A stretch of DNA of 64,000 nt from Octopus vulgaris (Eukaryota): positions 115,258,001 through 115,322,000 of the forward strand of contig OX597821.1 in assembly GCA_951406725.2 (NCBI GenBank), in the 5' to 3' direction. The translations under genes and the position numbers were made by a program. How positions within the stretch are numbered: the first letter of the stretch is position 1; each line of letters opens with the position of its first letter. A model generated the notes under the pieces. It ran no database searches. It was not told the DNA's origin and saw only the letters and a program-made list of their open reading frames with translations. Positions 1 to 12,057 of the stretch are shown piece after piece.

Positions 1-703
1 TTCTCCTATTTGCCTGTAAAGTTGTCATGGCGATACCTGCTCAGAGGCCTGCGCAAGGTTGCAGAAAGTATATGGAGAGATGTATACGAGTTGCACACAA
101 ATGTATGAGTGGTTCAGACGTTTCCAAGATGGTCAAAAAAATGTTGATATTGACGAATGTTCTGGGCAACTCACAACCAGCAGAACTGAGAAAAACATCA
201 CAGATGTGCATGTGGCTGTGATGGGAAATTGTCAAATCACCATCCGTGAGTTATCAGAGGATGTGCAGATTAGTGACGGTTCAGTTCATTATCACTGAAG
301 ATTTAGGTATGAGACACGTGTCTGCCAAGTTTGTGCCAAAACTGCTTTCAGCTGACCAAAAGGACACTCAGGTTTCAGTTGTACAAGGTCTCCTTGATTG
401 TGTCAAGAACAATGAAAACATTTTGAAAACTTTGTGTAGGCCTCTGAGTAGGTATCATCAAGGTTTTGGCAAAATTTGATGCAGATTCTCTGCTAAACTG
501 TCTCTGTCATGGTCAATGCAACAATCACACGCTACACACCTTCCTTCCAAGCACTGCTGTAAACAGCAGATGTGAGCGAGAACATTAAAACTTAGTGCAC
601 ATGTGCAGCAGAGTTCAAGGTCAATCTGTGCCAAGCAGCTTCATGCTGCATGCTTTAGCTTTGTTACTATAGCAACAGTCTGGATACTTATTGATCAGAC
701 CAC
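1..703 (+). mobile_element. Decayed mariner transposon: N-terminal HTH transposase fragment plus right TIR, internally deleted
   Basis: ORFs 59-298 and 246-479 give VYGE..MYEWFRRFQDG..ITIREL..SVH..EDLGMRHVSAKFVPKLL (mariner HTH and WVPHEL-type linker), frameshifted. TIR-like cagtctggatacttattgatcagacc at ~676-701. Confidence 0.8.
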
Positions 704-1321
704 ATGCATGCACACACCCACATACATACATACATATAGATAGATAGATATATGAACATCTATCGATACACACACACACACACATATCTATATACACATG
801 CAAATATATTGATATATGCATATATATATTTTTATGTACACACACACATATATATGCCTGTATACACATACACACACACACATATATTCCAGATATGAAT
901 ACTTGTAACAAGATTGAAGAATTTAAAGTAACAAAATAATAACAATCCATTAAAAAAAGAGTTAACAGCAGATTACCATTTGTTATGGAATCTTCTGGAA
1001 TGTTCCCTCAGACAAATTCTTGAACATATTTTCGTCTTTTATATGAGGACAATATCAATATCAAGAATCGACCGTGCCATTTTTATCTTTGAAAAGAAGC
1101 ATTTTATGTGACTTTCCAACAATAATTCTCATTAGATATCTTTCGTATACCCTTTGGGATCAACAAAATTAGTCAGAACGACTCGCTGCCTCCCCACAAA
1201 CCTTGTGTGGCTTATTTGATCAAATAACTTATATTCCAATTATCTATACAACTTGTTGAGTATCTGGTTCGTTATCATTTTATATGTAATTCAACACCAG
1301 ACCATCATTACAGCAACAACA

Positions 1322-1460
1322 GTGGCAGTGGTAGCAACAATGGTGGTGGTGGTGGTGGTGGTGGAGATGGTGATAGCGATGGTAGTAGTGGCGGTAATAT
1401 CACAGTGGTTGTAATGGTGATGATGGTGGTGGTGGTGGTGGTGGTGGTGCCAGTCGTAGT
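1322..1460. repeat. (GGT)n/(GTG)n low-complexity tract
   Basis: Direct inspection; explains the poly-Thr/Pro ORF 1308-1496. Confidence 0.85.
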
Positions 1461-2104
1461 AACTCCTCCACCATGCACTCTCGTCTTACTAAACATGTTT
1501 AGAAAGATCTCTTGAAATTTTACCGATTCTTAAGCTGAGATATTCAATATCTGCAAGATTAGACATTCTTAGGAATGGCAATCTTAACCTAATCTCTAAA
1601 GAATGGCATTAATAATGACAGTTCCAGTTCTTATATATCTGAAATACCTTTGGTAGAATCAAGATCTCAGAAGAACCAGGAACTAATGCAAGCGATTACT
1701 TAGTGTCAGCTCTGAAACTCACTTCTCATCGTTTACTGCAGAACCCCAGCACCCTTGGCTCCCCATGTCTTCTTGGTACTTATTTCGTTAGTTCTGAGAA
1801 TAAGGACAGAGAGAAAGGGCTATCATCATCATCATCAAGTCCCCATGTCCCACACTAGAATGGGTTGGATGGTTTGACAATCCCCTATGGGTCCAAGGAC
1901 TGCATTGTGATCCCATGTCTCCTTTGCTATGATTTTCATGACTGGATTCCCTTCCTAAAGCCAACCATTTTGCAATGTGCTCTGGCTGCATTTTACATGG
2001 CACCAGCACTAGTGAGGTCACCATCCCAAGAGAAGTGGTTTTATTCTAGAAGATGAGGGCTTAACTCTGTTGTTGCCATATTTCTGTTTAAGTACACTGC
2101 TCTT

Positions 2105-2250
2105 ATTTACATTATTTACATTTGACAGATATTTGTCCTCATCTTGTTTGTTATTAACACAACATTTTGGCTGATATATCTCCAGCCTTCATCAGGTGTG
2201 TTGGGGAAATTTCAAACCTGGGTCCTTATTCCTAAGGTATTTTTCAATGT
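2105..2250 (-). mobile_element. 3' part of the hammerhead-bearing SINE family (same family as 52504-52830)
   Basis: Reverse complement cacacCTGATGAaggctggagatatatcagccAAAAtgttgtgttaataacaaacaagatgaggacaaatatc matches 52731-52810. Confidence 0.8.
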
Positions 2251-2352
2251 TGTTGTTGTTGTTGTTATTATCATTATTACTATTATTTGATTTCAGGTAG
2301 TGACCTGAATAATAATAATAATAATGATAATAATAATAATGATAATAATAAT

Positions 2353-2566
2353 AAAATATTCAGACAAATACATAACAAAAACACCAGGACTTACAAACAC
2401 ATATAACATACAGAAAATTGCACTACTAGGCACTGCACACATCCTATGCAAAACACTTTCAATACAGTAACCATCAAAGCATCACAACAAATCACAGCAC
2501 ATACCCAAGGCACACAGAGCTGCGCTTGGTTGTGAAGTGAAAACATGCTATAAAAATAAAACTACT
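2353..2566 (+). mobile_element. R4/Dong-type LINE 3' end embedded in (TAA)n
   Basis: Encodes ...NIQKIALLGTAHILCKTLSIQ* followed by a 3' UTR and a (TAA)n tail; flanked by TAA repeats on both sides; near-identical copy at 17890-18103. Confidence 0.75.
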
Positions 2567-2609
2567 TAATAATAATAATGATAATAATAATAAAATGATG
2601 ATGATACAC

Positions 2610-2793
2610 TGCTCTTGTTTCAATTTATTTTGAAAATAATGAAGAATTTTGTAGAATAATTTTGTTTTTATCAAGCTGATGGTTGGCACATAAATAAAAT
2701 GAAAATTTTGAAAATTTTTATTTAGATAATTTTAATCATGCAGTTTGTATCATAGAATCATGGGCAGTCTTAGGTGGGTTGGTATCAAAAGGG
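2610..2793 (+). mobile_element. Partial piggyBac-type MITE (right end)
   Basis: Ends ggtatcaaaaggg|TTAA; interior similar to 58005-58167. Confidence 0.6.
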
Positions 2794-2797
2794 TTAA

Positions 2798-3865
2798 CCC
2801 TTTCGTTACTATATTTCTGACCAAAATACACCCCTTATGTGTTTCAATTAATTTCTAACGTAATCATAAATTTAGTCTGGTTTCATTAAACAACTATAAC
2901 TTTTTTATTTATCAATATATTAACGTGAATTTTGGAAGATAATTTAATTAAATGTTCTCAACCAATTCTATACTATAATTTTTGTCACAAAGTGACTCTA
3001 ATTGCAGGTAGATACAGGTAAATTCACCAAAATATAAAATTATAAAAATTTTGTTCAAACATCGCTATAGAAAATGGGTTATTAGCTAATATTCAATTGA
3101 GTATACAAGAAAATTTTACAATAGAATTTGTTATTCTGGGTAACTTTCTGATACCCATAATAATATTTATGGCAAAATAGTCTTAATTTCATTGAAGGTT
3201 ATGGGAAACCACTAACTATCGTTTTGTTTACATTCAGCGTAACGGTTCGTTTCTGCCGTAATGATTTCAAATAGGCTCATTCGAAAAAGTAAAAAGAAAT
3301 AGTCTAAGGCTTTACTCTTCTGGGAAAGTCTGTGGCTTGGTCCAGTTTCTTCAGAGAAATCACCGAAAGAAACAGTTTTTAAATTTTCACTCCATTCAGG
3401 TGCCAATTCGTTTTCTTTATCGCTATCGGAGATCTCAGATTCACTGTTTTCACTTTCGGAAAATGAAACATCAGATTCATTATCAAATACCACATGCTTT
3501 TTTTTTTTCAGTCATAGAGTTAGATTTATGAAGGTCTTCAGTAGAAAATCCTTCGAATTCTGACTCGCTGCTTGATATAATGAAATTCGTATCCATTTTT
3601 TATCAGAATTACAAATTTTGAAAACACAATAGGAACAAATCTCAGAAAAAAATCTCCCAAAATTCACGGAATTAAAATTACACTTCGATTTTTGTACAAA
3701 ACTGTAGTTGAACTGTTTACGAAGTATAATACGTGTTTTCACGAATGTACTAAAGAGATTTGCTCTGATATTCTCATTTAAATATGAATAGGTAAATTCG
3801 GGCGGATTTGGGCGGCTTGGTCACATTAACCAAAATTTTTTTCGGGCGGTTTGGTAACAAAAGGG
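2798..3865 (-). mobile_element. Internally deleted piggyBac element with N-terminal transposase fragment
   Basis: TTAA|CCCTTTCGTTAC ... GTAACAAAAGGG TIRs. ORF 3212-3493(-) has the acidic S/D/E N-terminus, then W..GP..DYFFLLF...EIITAETNRYA, typical of piggyBac/PGBD transposases. Confidence 0.85.
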
Positions 3866-3867
3866 AG

Positions 3868-4122
3868 CAGTGGTTTCCTACCTTTTTTACCTATGGGCCC
3901 CTCTGATTCTTATTAGCCAGTCGATGTTTAAAAAAATCCCCCTATATTTTTATAATTCAATATTATTGGGAGTTGTGTAAAAAAGAAATTAAAATATTTT
4001 GTGCATTGTAGAAGTATGAACAATTTGTTGGACATGAATTTTAACAAAATCTTATATGGACCCCCTAAAGTGTTAAATGCACCCCCCCCCCAAGGGTTGT
4101 ATGGATTCTGATTGAGAACCTT
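3868..4122 (+). mobile_element. hAT-like MITE (CAGTGGTT.. termini)
   Basis: Starts cagtggtttcctacc, ends gattgagaacctttg; related copies at 6758-8559, ~36117-36815 and ~56530-56780. Confidence 0.55.
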
Positions 4123-4326
4123 TGGATTAAAGGGAGGAGGGTCCAGAGCAGGTTTCTCATTGTAGAGATGCTACATGGATACTCACATTATAAAGGAGAG
4201 AATGGGAATGTTTGGGATGGAGCAAGGAAGAAATAAAATTAAGGATCTGGGTAGGGAATGAAAAACTGAGTGTAGGTGGGTAAAGGTTGCATATATCAGC
4301 ACTCATCCATCATTATGGTGGTGGTG

Positions 4327-4362
<36 letters not shown>

Positions 4363-5080
4363 GAATGTCCTGGGTGGAATTATAGTGACACCAACACCAG
4401 TGGAGTTGTCTTGTCCTTGACAAGACTAAAGGGTCTTCTCAACCCCACATCTCTACTCATAGCATCTACAGAATGTTCTGGGTAGGTTTATACCAACATT
4501 AAATTAATTAGTCAATCAAATTTGAATCAATCAATTAGCTTTTGACCAGAAAGTTTCTTCATGTTAATTTGTTGTTCCTGAACCTCACATTGCCATATTT
4601 GGCAGCTTTTTGAAACAGTAAAGAAGAACCACAAGAAAAAGGGAAAACTCCCTTCAAAATAATGGGTGGGTTTATAAGTGGCAAGTTTTGAATTAGTATA
4701 TTAGCAATTCAAATAATTAATTTAGAGTTTCTCTCTCTGTTTTTGTCTATCCATCTCTCTCCCTTTCTCCTGTGTTTGTCTCTCTGTCTGTCTCCGTTTG
4801 TACCTCTCTCTTTATCTCTGTCAGCCTCTCTTTATGTCTATCTCTACATCTGTCTCCACCTCTCTCTCTTTCTCTTAATTTCTAACGAACGAATCGTAAG
4901 GCAACAAACGATAAACCAGAGTAGACAAACTGTTTAATAACTTCCTTTTCCATAACTTCACTATTTTTCTATTTTATTCATTCATTTTGTTTATTTATGT
5001 ATTGTTTATTGAACTTGTTTATTTATCTATGTATTGTTTATTGAACTTGTTTATTTATTTTCCACTTGTTGATTTTCCAG

Positions 5081-5186
5081 TCCGAGTAAACTGAATGCTA
5101 GTATAGGAGACACAACCCGCATCGATGATGAACACCGCTTGATCGTGCGCTATGCAGCACGACTTGCAGCAGACGCTTCAAATGCA
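5081..5186 (+). CDS. Internal coding exon of a dystrobrevin gene (syntrophin-binding region)
   Basis: Pyrimidine-rich acceptor ...gattttccag|T and donor GCA|GTAAGT. One base plus 35 codons PSKLNASIGDTTRIDDEHRLIVRYAARLAADASNA, matching the recalled dystrobrevin motif RLDEEHRLIARYAARLAA. Phase 2 in, phase 0 out. No other dystrobrevin exon recognised in the window. Confidence 0.9.
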
Positions 5187-5893
5187 GTAAGTGGCCTCTT
5201 ATCCTAGTCTCTCTCTCTCTCTACATCTAATGGTAGATCTGTTTATATTTTTGTTTATTCAGCCAGAATGAAATACAATCCACTTCCCTGCTATTCTAAT
5301 CAATAGGTTGTCTAAATAATCATGTTAGAAACTCCACAACTCTAACACCAAATAATTCATTATTTACTCCCAGTTTACTGATGCCATAGGTTTCATTACG
5401 TCTTCCCCTTCATCTTCTGCTCCTCCTCTTTGTTGTAATAATAATAATTATTATTATTATTATTATTTGAATAATAAGAGTGTTGGATTTAGTTCCACTT
5501 TACTGTTATTATAGCCTCCATTTAGTCTTCTTCTTCTTCTCCCCTCACCCTTCTTCTTCTCCTCCTCCTTTTATTATTTCTTTCTTCTCCCTTCCTCCTC
5601 TTCCCACTCCTTTCGCTTCCCCTTCATTATAATTATCATTAGGTGGATAATAGAGTGCTGGATTAAATGCCTTGAGATTTTATATCCATTTCCTTACACT
5701 CTGGATCCAAATTCCTCTAGCATCAATTAATTAAGTACCAGTAATATATGGTACACAATCACCTCACTTCAATATTCCTCTTCTCCATAACTTGGCGCCT
5801 GAAATTAAATTTCTTGTGAAGAAACTGAACTACAAATGAAGTTTTGATGTTTGTTTCGATATAGCTGTAGTAGGGCGATCAGTCATAAATCAT

Positions 5894-6105
5894 TCATAAG
5901 TCACTCATGTTCACATATTGTCAATCATAAACCACTCATGTTCACATATTGACAATCATAAGCCAATCATGTTTACATATTGTGTGTTATAAGTCAGCCA
6001 TGTTTATATATTGTCAGTCAAAAGTCAGCTGTGTTTACATATTGTCAGTCATAAGCCAGTTATATTTACATATTGTCAATCATAAGTCAGCCATGTTTAC
6101 ACACT
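5894..6105. repeat. 31-bp minisatellite, ~7 diverged copies
   Basis: Unit TCATAAGTCAGCCATGTTTACATATTGTCAA; starts at 5894, 5925 ... 6080 with exact 31-bp spacing. Confidence 0.9.
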
Positions 6106-6110
6106 GAATC

Positions 6111-6358
6111 TATTGAGATGGTGCAGAATTATTGTGGCTTTTTTTCAACAAATTTTATTCAATAAAAACAATAACAATACCAAAAACATATTTAAATGAC
6201 GGCCTGACCATCTGCCAAGCAAATGGGAAGCAGTAATTGAAGTAGATGGTGAATATACTCCGGAATAATCATTTAAAGATGTTTTTGTTACATGTTATTG
6301 TTTTTGTGGAGTAAAATTTGTTGAACAAAAGCTGCAATAATTATACACCAACCCAATA
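6111..6358 (+). mobile_element. Mariner-derived MITE
   Basis: TIRs tattgagatggtgcagaattattgtggc / gctgcaataattatacaccaacccaata; interior encodes LPSKWEAVIEVDGEY, like a mariner transposase C-terminus. Confidence 0.8.
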
Positions 6359-6371
6359 TTTAAAATAGTGG

Positions 6372-6730
6372 AGACACAATGGCCCTGTGGTTAGGGCAGC
6401 GAACTCATTGTCATTGGATCGTGGTTTCAATTCCCAGAACAGGCGCTGTGAGTGTTTATTGAGCAAAAACACCTAAATCTCCACGAGGCTCCGGCAGGGG
6501 GTGGTTGCAAACCCTGCTGTGTTCTTTCACCACAACTTTCTCTCATTCTTTCTTCCTGTTTCTGTTGTACCTGTATTTCAAAGGGCCCACCTTGTCACAT
6601 TCTGTGTCACACTGAATCTCCGCAAGGGTACATGTGTCAGTGGAGCGTTCAGCCACTTGCACATTAATTTCACGAACAGACTGTTCCATTGATCAGCTGG
6701 GGCCCTAATCATCATAACTGACGGAATGCC
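6372..6730 (+). mobile_element. tRNA-derived SINE (family D)
   Basis: A-box-like tggccctgtggttag and B-box-like ggtttcaattccc; body shared with 12601-12700, tail shared with ~41340-41430. Confidence 0.65.
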
Positions 6731-6871
6731 ATGATTTAAAACAATTTTTGTTTAAACCAGTGGTTTTCAACTATTTTTTTTTCCCTATGAATCCTTTAGA
6801 TTCTCATTTTTCTTTATTGGATCGCCATAGGTATTTGATAATGAAAAAATACTATTGTATTTTTATAATTA

Positions 6872-8039
6872 AACTAGCATTATGACACGTCGTTGCCGGG
6901 TCATAGTGCTAGTGCATGTATATATGTGTAATATTGCATGTACATCTATATATATACATCTACACATAAAATACAAAATACAAAGTTATATCTTGATATC
7001 GCTAGTGATAACAATACTCAAAATATATAACAGACTGAAATTGTAAGCCCGTCTCTTGCAATTTCGATCAATTGTATCTTGTCCTCCCTCTTGTATAGAA
7101 GTGTGACTACAATCCAGCCTACCTCAACTTCTGGGGGTGGGGGGCATTTTTAATTTTTATCCTGCACGTCCTACGTCCCAGATATATAGGTAAAAATAAA
7201 ATATTTCCACTTTGCAAGTTCGAGTCGAGTACTCCCTTGCACGCTCCGTTGACTCGAACCTTGCTTCTATTGTGGCGAATTTACCGCCTCTGGTTAGATA
7301 TCTTTCATAGTCGCACCAAGACACTTTTCGATGGTGCTTTCCTCCAGGTGTTCAAATCTTCTTTTTTCTCTACATTGTATACTTTATAGACAATAGTATT
7401 TTCTTTAATTTTATTTTTTATTATCCATCTGGACTATTCAATTTCTGCACGCTAATTTTATTTTTAATTTATTCCCATTCATGTGAAACCACTTATTCAA
7501 GTTCAAATCATTGATGCAATTTTATACCAATTGCTATTTTTACTTTTGCTATGTTACGGTTATATTATACTTTAGTTTGATTTTAATTATTACTTACTAC
7601 ATATAATTCAATTGTTATTATTATTTTTATTGTTAAAGTGAAAGTATCTGACATAAAATAGAGAAATGTTTTTGTTTCACTTTTAACACATAATACTGAA
7701 ATAGTGGAGAAGATATGATATTGCTATGGGCTCACTCTAGGCAAGAAGTTGAACATTTGTTTTTGCCCATGAAACTACATGGACCCTAAGTAAGGCATGT
7801 GTAAAATTTGAATGAAATTGGTTGTATAGTTCTCAAGTTTTAGGGAATCGTAGTGGAGAAGATATGATATTGCTGTGGGCTCGCCCTAGGCAAAAAGTTG
7901 AACATTTCTTTTGCCGATGACACTCCCCGGACCCTAAGTAAGGCATGTGTAAAATTTGAATGAAATTGATTGTGTAGTTCTCAAGTTTTAGGGAAATACA
8001 CAGACAGACACACATTCTCAGTTTTATATATATAAAGAT
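6872..8039 (+). mobile_element. Helentron/DINE-1-like non-autonomous element
   Basis: 5' aactag..gacacgtcgttgccgggtc hairpin; internal 149-bp tandem repeat (7702, 7851); 3' cagacagacacac...ttatatatataaagat end. Confidence 0.6.
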
Positions 8040-8070
8040 ATTATTAGGATTTGTAAAAAAAAAAAATTGT

Positions 8071-8445
8071 CAGGAGTGGCTGTGTGGTAAGAAGCTTGCT
8101 TCCCAACTACATGGTTCTGGGTTCAGTCTCACTGTGTGGCACCTTGGGCAAGTGTCTTCTACTATAGCCTTAGGCTGACCAAAGCCTTGTCAGTGGATTT
8201 GGTAGAAATGGAAAGAAGCCCATCGTATATGTATGTATGTTTGTGTGTCTGTGTTTGTCCCCTGCCATCGCTTGACAACCAATGTTGGTGTGTTTACATC
8301 CCTGTAATCTAGCAGTTCAGCAAAAGATACCAATAGAATAAGTACTTGGCTTACAAAGAATAAGTCCTGGGGTTGATTTGTTCAACTGAAGGTGGTGCTC
8401 CAGCATGGCCACAGTCAAATGACTGAAACCAATAAAAGAATAAAT
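8071..8445 (+). mobile_element. tRNA-derived SINE family A (representative copy)
   Basis: ggagtggctgtgtggtaag..gggttcagtc..ccttgggcaagtgtcttctactatagcc...gactgaaac. Further copies at ~14040, 20953, 24860, 25340(-), 26417, 36293, 40020, 42495, 46695(-), 48288, 53395(-), 54000, 57270(-). Confidence 0.85.
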
Positions 8446-8750
8446 AAAAATATTTTGTGTATTATAGAAGCATAACCAATTTCATGCCCCTAATTTTGAA
8501 TAACAAAATCTTCTATGGATCCCTTAAGGGTCATATGAACCCCGGTTGGGAACCACCAGTTAAAATAGAATTAAATTTTTCTTTCACACTTCCCAAATAT
8601 CAAAATACTTTGCCATTCTGTTGATCTGTTCCATTTCAACATCAATACTAATTAATTGCTTTTTAATTAGTATTTTTATCCTCTTCACACACTTGCACCC
8701 ATTTCTTACCAATCTTGATTCTTCATCTGTCGTTATTATTTCTTCACTAT

Positions 8751-8965
8751 GGCGGCAAGCTGGCAGAATCATTAGCATGCTGGGCAAAATGGTTAGTGGT
8801 ATTTTGTCTGCCACTACATTCTCAGATCAAATTCCACTGAGGTCAACTTTGCCTTTCATCCTTTCGGGGTCGATTAAATAAGTACCAGTTGTGTAATGAG
8901 GTCAATCTAATCGACTGGTCCCTTCCCCAAAAATTTCAGGCCTTGTGCCTATAATAAAAAGGATT
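8751..8965 (+). mobile_element. tRNA-derived SINE family B (representative copy)
   Basis: ggcggcaagctggcagaatcattagc...gaggtcaactttgcctttcatcctttcggggtcgat..aagtaccagt. Copies at ~10958, 11158, 15030-15690 (3x,-), 24125(-), 30088, 36895 and 37132(-), 49000, 52247, 63430. Confidence 0.85.
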
Positions 8966-10399
8966 ATCATTACTTCACCTTCACAGTCATGAAAATAACA
9001 GCCTCTGAAATGCTTGACAGCACTCTAATCTATCAGGCACCATGAAGAAGGTTTAAGAAATTCCACTTTAACCAAAACCTTGTTTGGACCAAATTCCCCT
9101 GTGATTCCCTATTAAAAGGCTTTTTTGCTACCTATAGTGTTCCCTTATTATCTACAGATGTTGGTATTTGAACATAAAAAGGATTTTTAGAATATCATTT
9201 GCATTTAATTAGCTCATTATCATTAATACTCATGGAATCCCTGACTACCTCTTGCTGAACCATGGGGTTCCAAAGAACTTCAGGTATGGATTGTTAATGG
9301 GATGTGATGATTGGTTCTTTGGATGCTGAGTGTTTGGCACTGTTGCCTGGACATTCTTAGCATCAGTACTTTTTGGCATTGGAAGTGAACATACACAGAC
9401 ATACATTATGTACGTGCATGTGTACGCAGAAAATGGAATGAGATAGAGAGACATTACAATGCATATATGCAAACCTAACTAGATGCTCACACACATAAAG
9501 AGAGAGAGAGTGGGGAGAGAATGAAGGAAGAAACATAAAACATCTGAAGTCAAATAAGTCTGAATTGAATCGCTGATGCCAAAATGGCAGCGCCAAAACA
9601 GCTGTGCCAAACCGTCTCATACATAAACCTTTATCATTGCCTCTATACTTGTCAGTAAATTTTAATAATACCTTGTTAATATTATGAAGATTTGTTTATG
9701 TTAAAATTGATTACACACACATTTTATTGTGTACAGAATCAACAAACGGAATCTTTCAGTTTATCGGATCAAATCTATTTTTTTCTGGTTTCTAATTTAG
9801 TTCCAGGAACACTCAGCCATATTTTAACGTTAAGGTTTTTGTTTTTCATTTGGTTATTCTCATTAATCAAAAATTCTCAATTAATTCTGCTTGTTTCATA
9901 AACTTTCTTACAACATTTTTTTTTAAAGTTGATAATTTATTGAAACAATTCAAACATTTGTTTTTTTTTTTTTTGGTCATCATGAAATTTTAATTTTGAA
10001 AAATGAGATCTCTGATTTTTTTTTTCTCACACTGTGATATTGAAATAGAATTCAGATTTGTTTCACTGTAGATGTTATCAGCTGGTCTATCTAGAAATAA
10101 CAACTAAAATCACTAAAAACCAGCGTTTGATGCAAAACCACCAGTGTTAAATGCAGAATCATTAGGGTTTGATATAGAATTACCATTAAAATTGATGTGG
10201 ATGCAAGGTGACTTGGCTCATGACTTGTCCAATCTAAATCACTTTGCAAAACTAGTTGAGCAGAATATTTACTGTAGCCCATCTTTTATACCAAGACAAA
10301 ACAATGTACATGATAACACTTCCAATCAGTTAAGATCAGAAGCCATGAGAGCTACTGTCTGGTACTGCATCAAGGCATTTATTACTATTATTATCATCA

Positions 10400-10773
10400 T
10401 ACCGCTAGGTACTTGTAGCTCTCCGCTGGGTCTAACTCTTTTATGACATTCTGCTGGTCAAGGTTAACATTAGATGTTTCTGTCATTTTTCCTTTGATAA
10501 AGGTAGCTTTTGTACATTTATCGAGGCCAAACTGCATTCTGATGTCATCACTGAATTGTTTAACAATTGCTAGTAAACCCTTGAGTTGTTGGTCATTTTT
10601 TGCAAAGAGCTTTAATTCATCCATGTAAATGAGATGATTTATATTTTTATCCAACATTTTATATCCATACTGTGCATCATTGAGCAATTTTGAGAGAGGT
10701 ATTAAGGCTAAACAGAAGAGGAGTGGTGATAGTGAGTCACCCTGGAAAATGCCACATGAAATTTTTACATTAC
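10400..10773 (-). mobile_element. R4/Dong LINE reverse-transcriptase fragment
   Basis: GIFQGDSLSPLLFCLALIPLS...NHLIYMDELKLFAK...IRMQFGLDKC...YKYL; flanked by (TTA)n. Confidence 0.85.
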
Positions 10774-10774
<1 letters not shown>

Positions 10775-10813
<39 letters not shown>

Positions 10814-10867
10814 TATTATTATTTATTATTATTATTTATTATTTATTATTATTATTATTATTATTTA

Positions 10868-10942
<75 letters not shown>

Positions 10943-10955
10943 TATTATTATTATT
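10775..10955. repeat. (ATT)n microsatellite
   Basis: Direct inspection; similar tracts at ~11372, 17625, 17800, 18104, 18898. Confidence 0.95.
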
Positions 10956-11371
10956 TAGGCAGCATGCTAGCAGAATCATTAGCACACTGGGCAAAAATGC
11001 TTACCAGCTTTTCTTCTGGCTGTTTACATTCTGAGTTCAAATTCTGCTGAGGGCAACTCTGCCTTTCATCCTTTCATAGTCAATAAAATATGTACCAACT
11101 GCACACTGCCCCCCCCCCCACCAAATTTCAGGTCTTGTCCCTATAGTAGAATTATTTAGGCAGCAAGCTGGCAGAATTGTTAGCTTGCCAGAGAAAATGC
11201 TTAGGGATATTGTGTCCGTCTTTATATCTTGAATTCAAATTCTGCTGGGGTCAGCTTTGCTCTTCATCCTTTCAGGGTTGATTAAATAAGTACCAGTTAC
11301 ACACTGAGGTTGATGTAATTGACAAGCCCCTTTCCCTTGAAATTTTGGGCCTTGTGCCTATAATAGAAAGG

Positions 11372-11428
<57 letters not shown>

Positions 11429-12020
11429 AGACTGATGGTCAAGGAAAGCCATACACAACTACAGTTGCAAGGATGCTCCACCAGCTGATGACTCTGCTGT
11501 TTTAAAAGCTTCACTCCTTTTAAGACAGACCCTGTAGAATTAGCAAAACAGGAAAATATGCAAATTTTCAACAAATTTTAATCATTTATTTTTAAATGCT
11601 AAAAGGGGAAAATGCAGATATGAAAATTTATTAAAAAGAAATCAATGTTTGTGGCTAATTATTGAAAAAAAAAGAATTCTAATGAAGAAACCTCATTATC
11701 TGTAGAAAGCCAAATGTCTTTTATTCCATTTTCTTTCCCCTCAAAGACATGTAACGTTTTAATACAGATGCATCAAAAGATGCAGAAATAATACTGAATA
11801 CAGTCAGTTTATAACTGTATTTATGATTTTAAATAATTTTCATCATTTTTGTTAATTGCAAAAGTTTTTGATGAGCTTCCTACCTCTGACTGCTCCTCCT
11901 AAAGAAGAACTCAGTTGCCTGGTTTTGTTTTTGTTTTACTCCTCACTTTAAGGTTTATCATTAACCTCTTCAGTTCTTTGATACCAATAGTAGTAGCATT
12001 CTTGGTGTGTGTGTGTATGT

Positions 12021-12057
<37 letters not shown>

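Larger units (their letters stand above)
6758..8559 (+). mobile_element. hAT-like MITE interrupted by a Helentron-like element and a SINE
   Basis: Termini cagtggttttcaac ... ggttgggaaccaccag. Removing 6872-8039 and 8071-8445 restores a sequence colinear with 3868-4122. Confidence 0.65.

Noticed and set aside
1742-1775. Possible exon after tactgcag (NPSTLGSPCLL)
   Set aside because: Weak donor and no recognisable homology.
5894-6105. Regularly spaced repeats resembling a CRISPR array
   Set aside because: Contiguous units without unique spacers, no cas genes, eukaryotic context.
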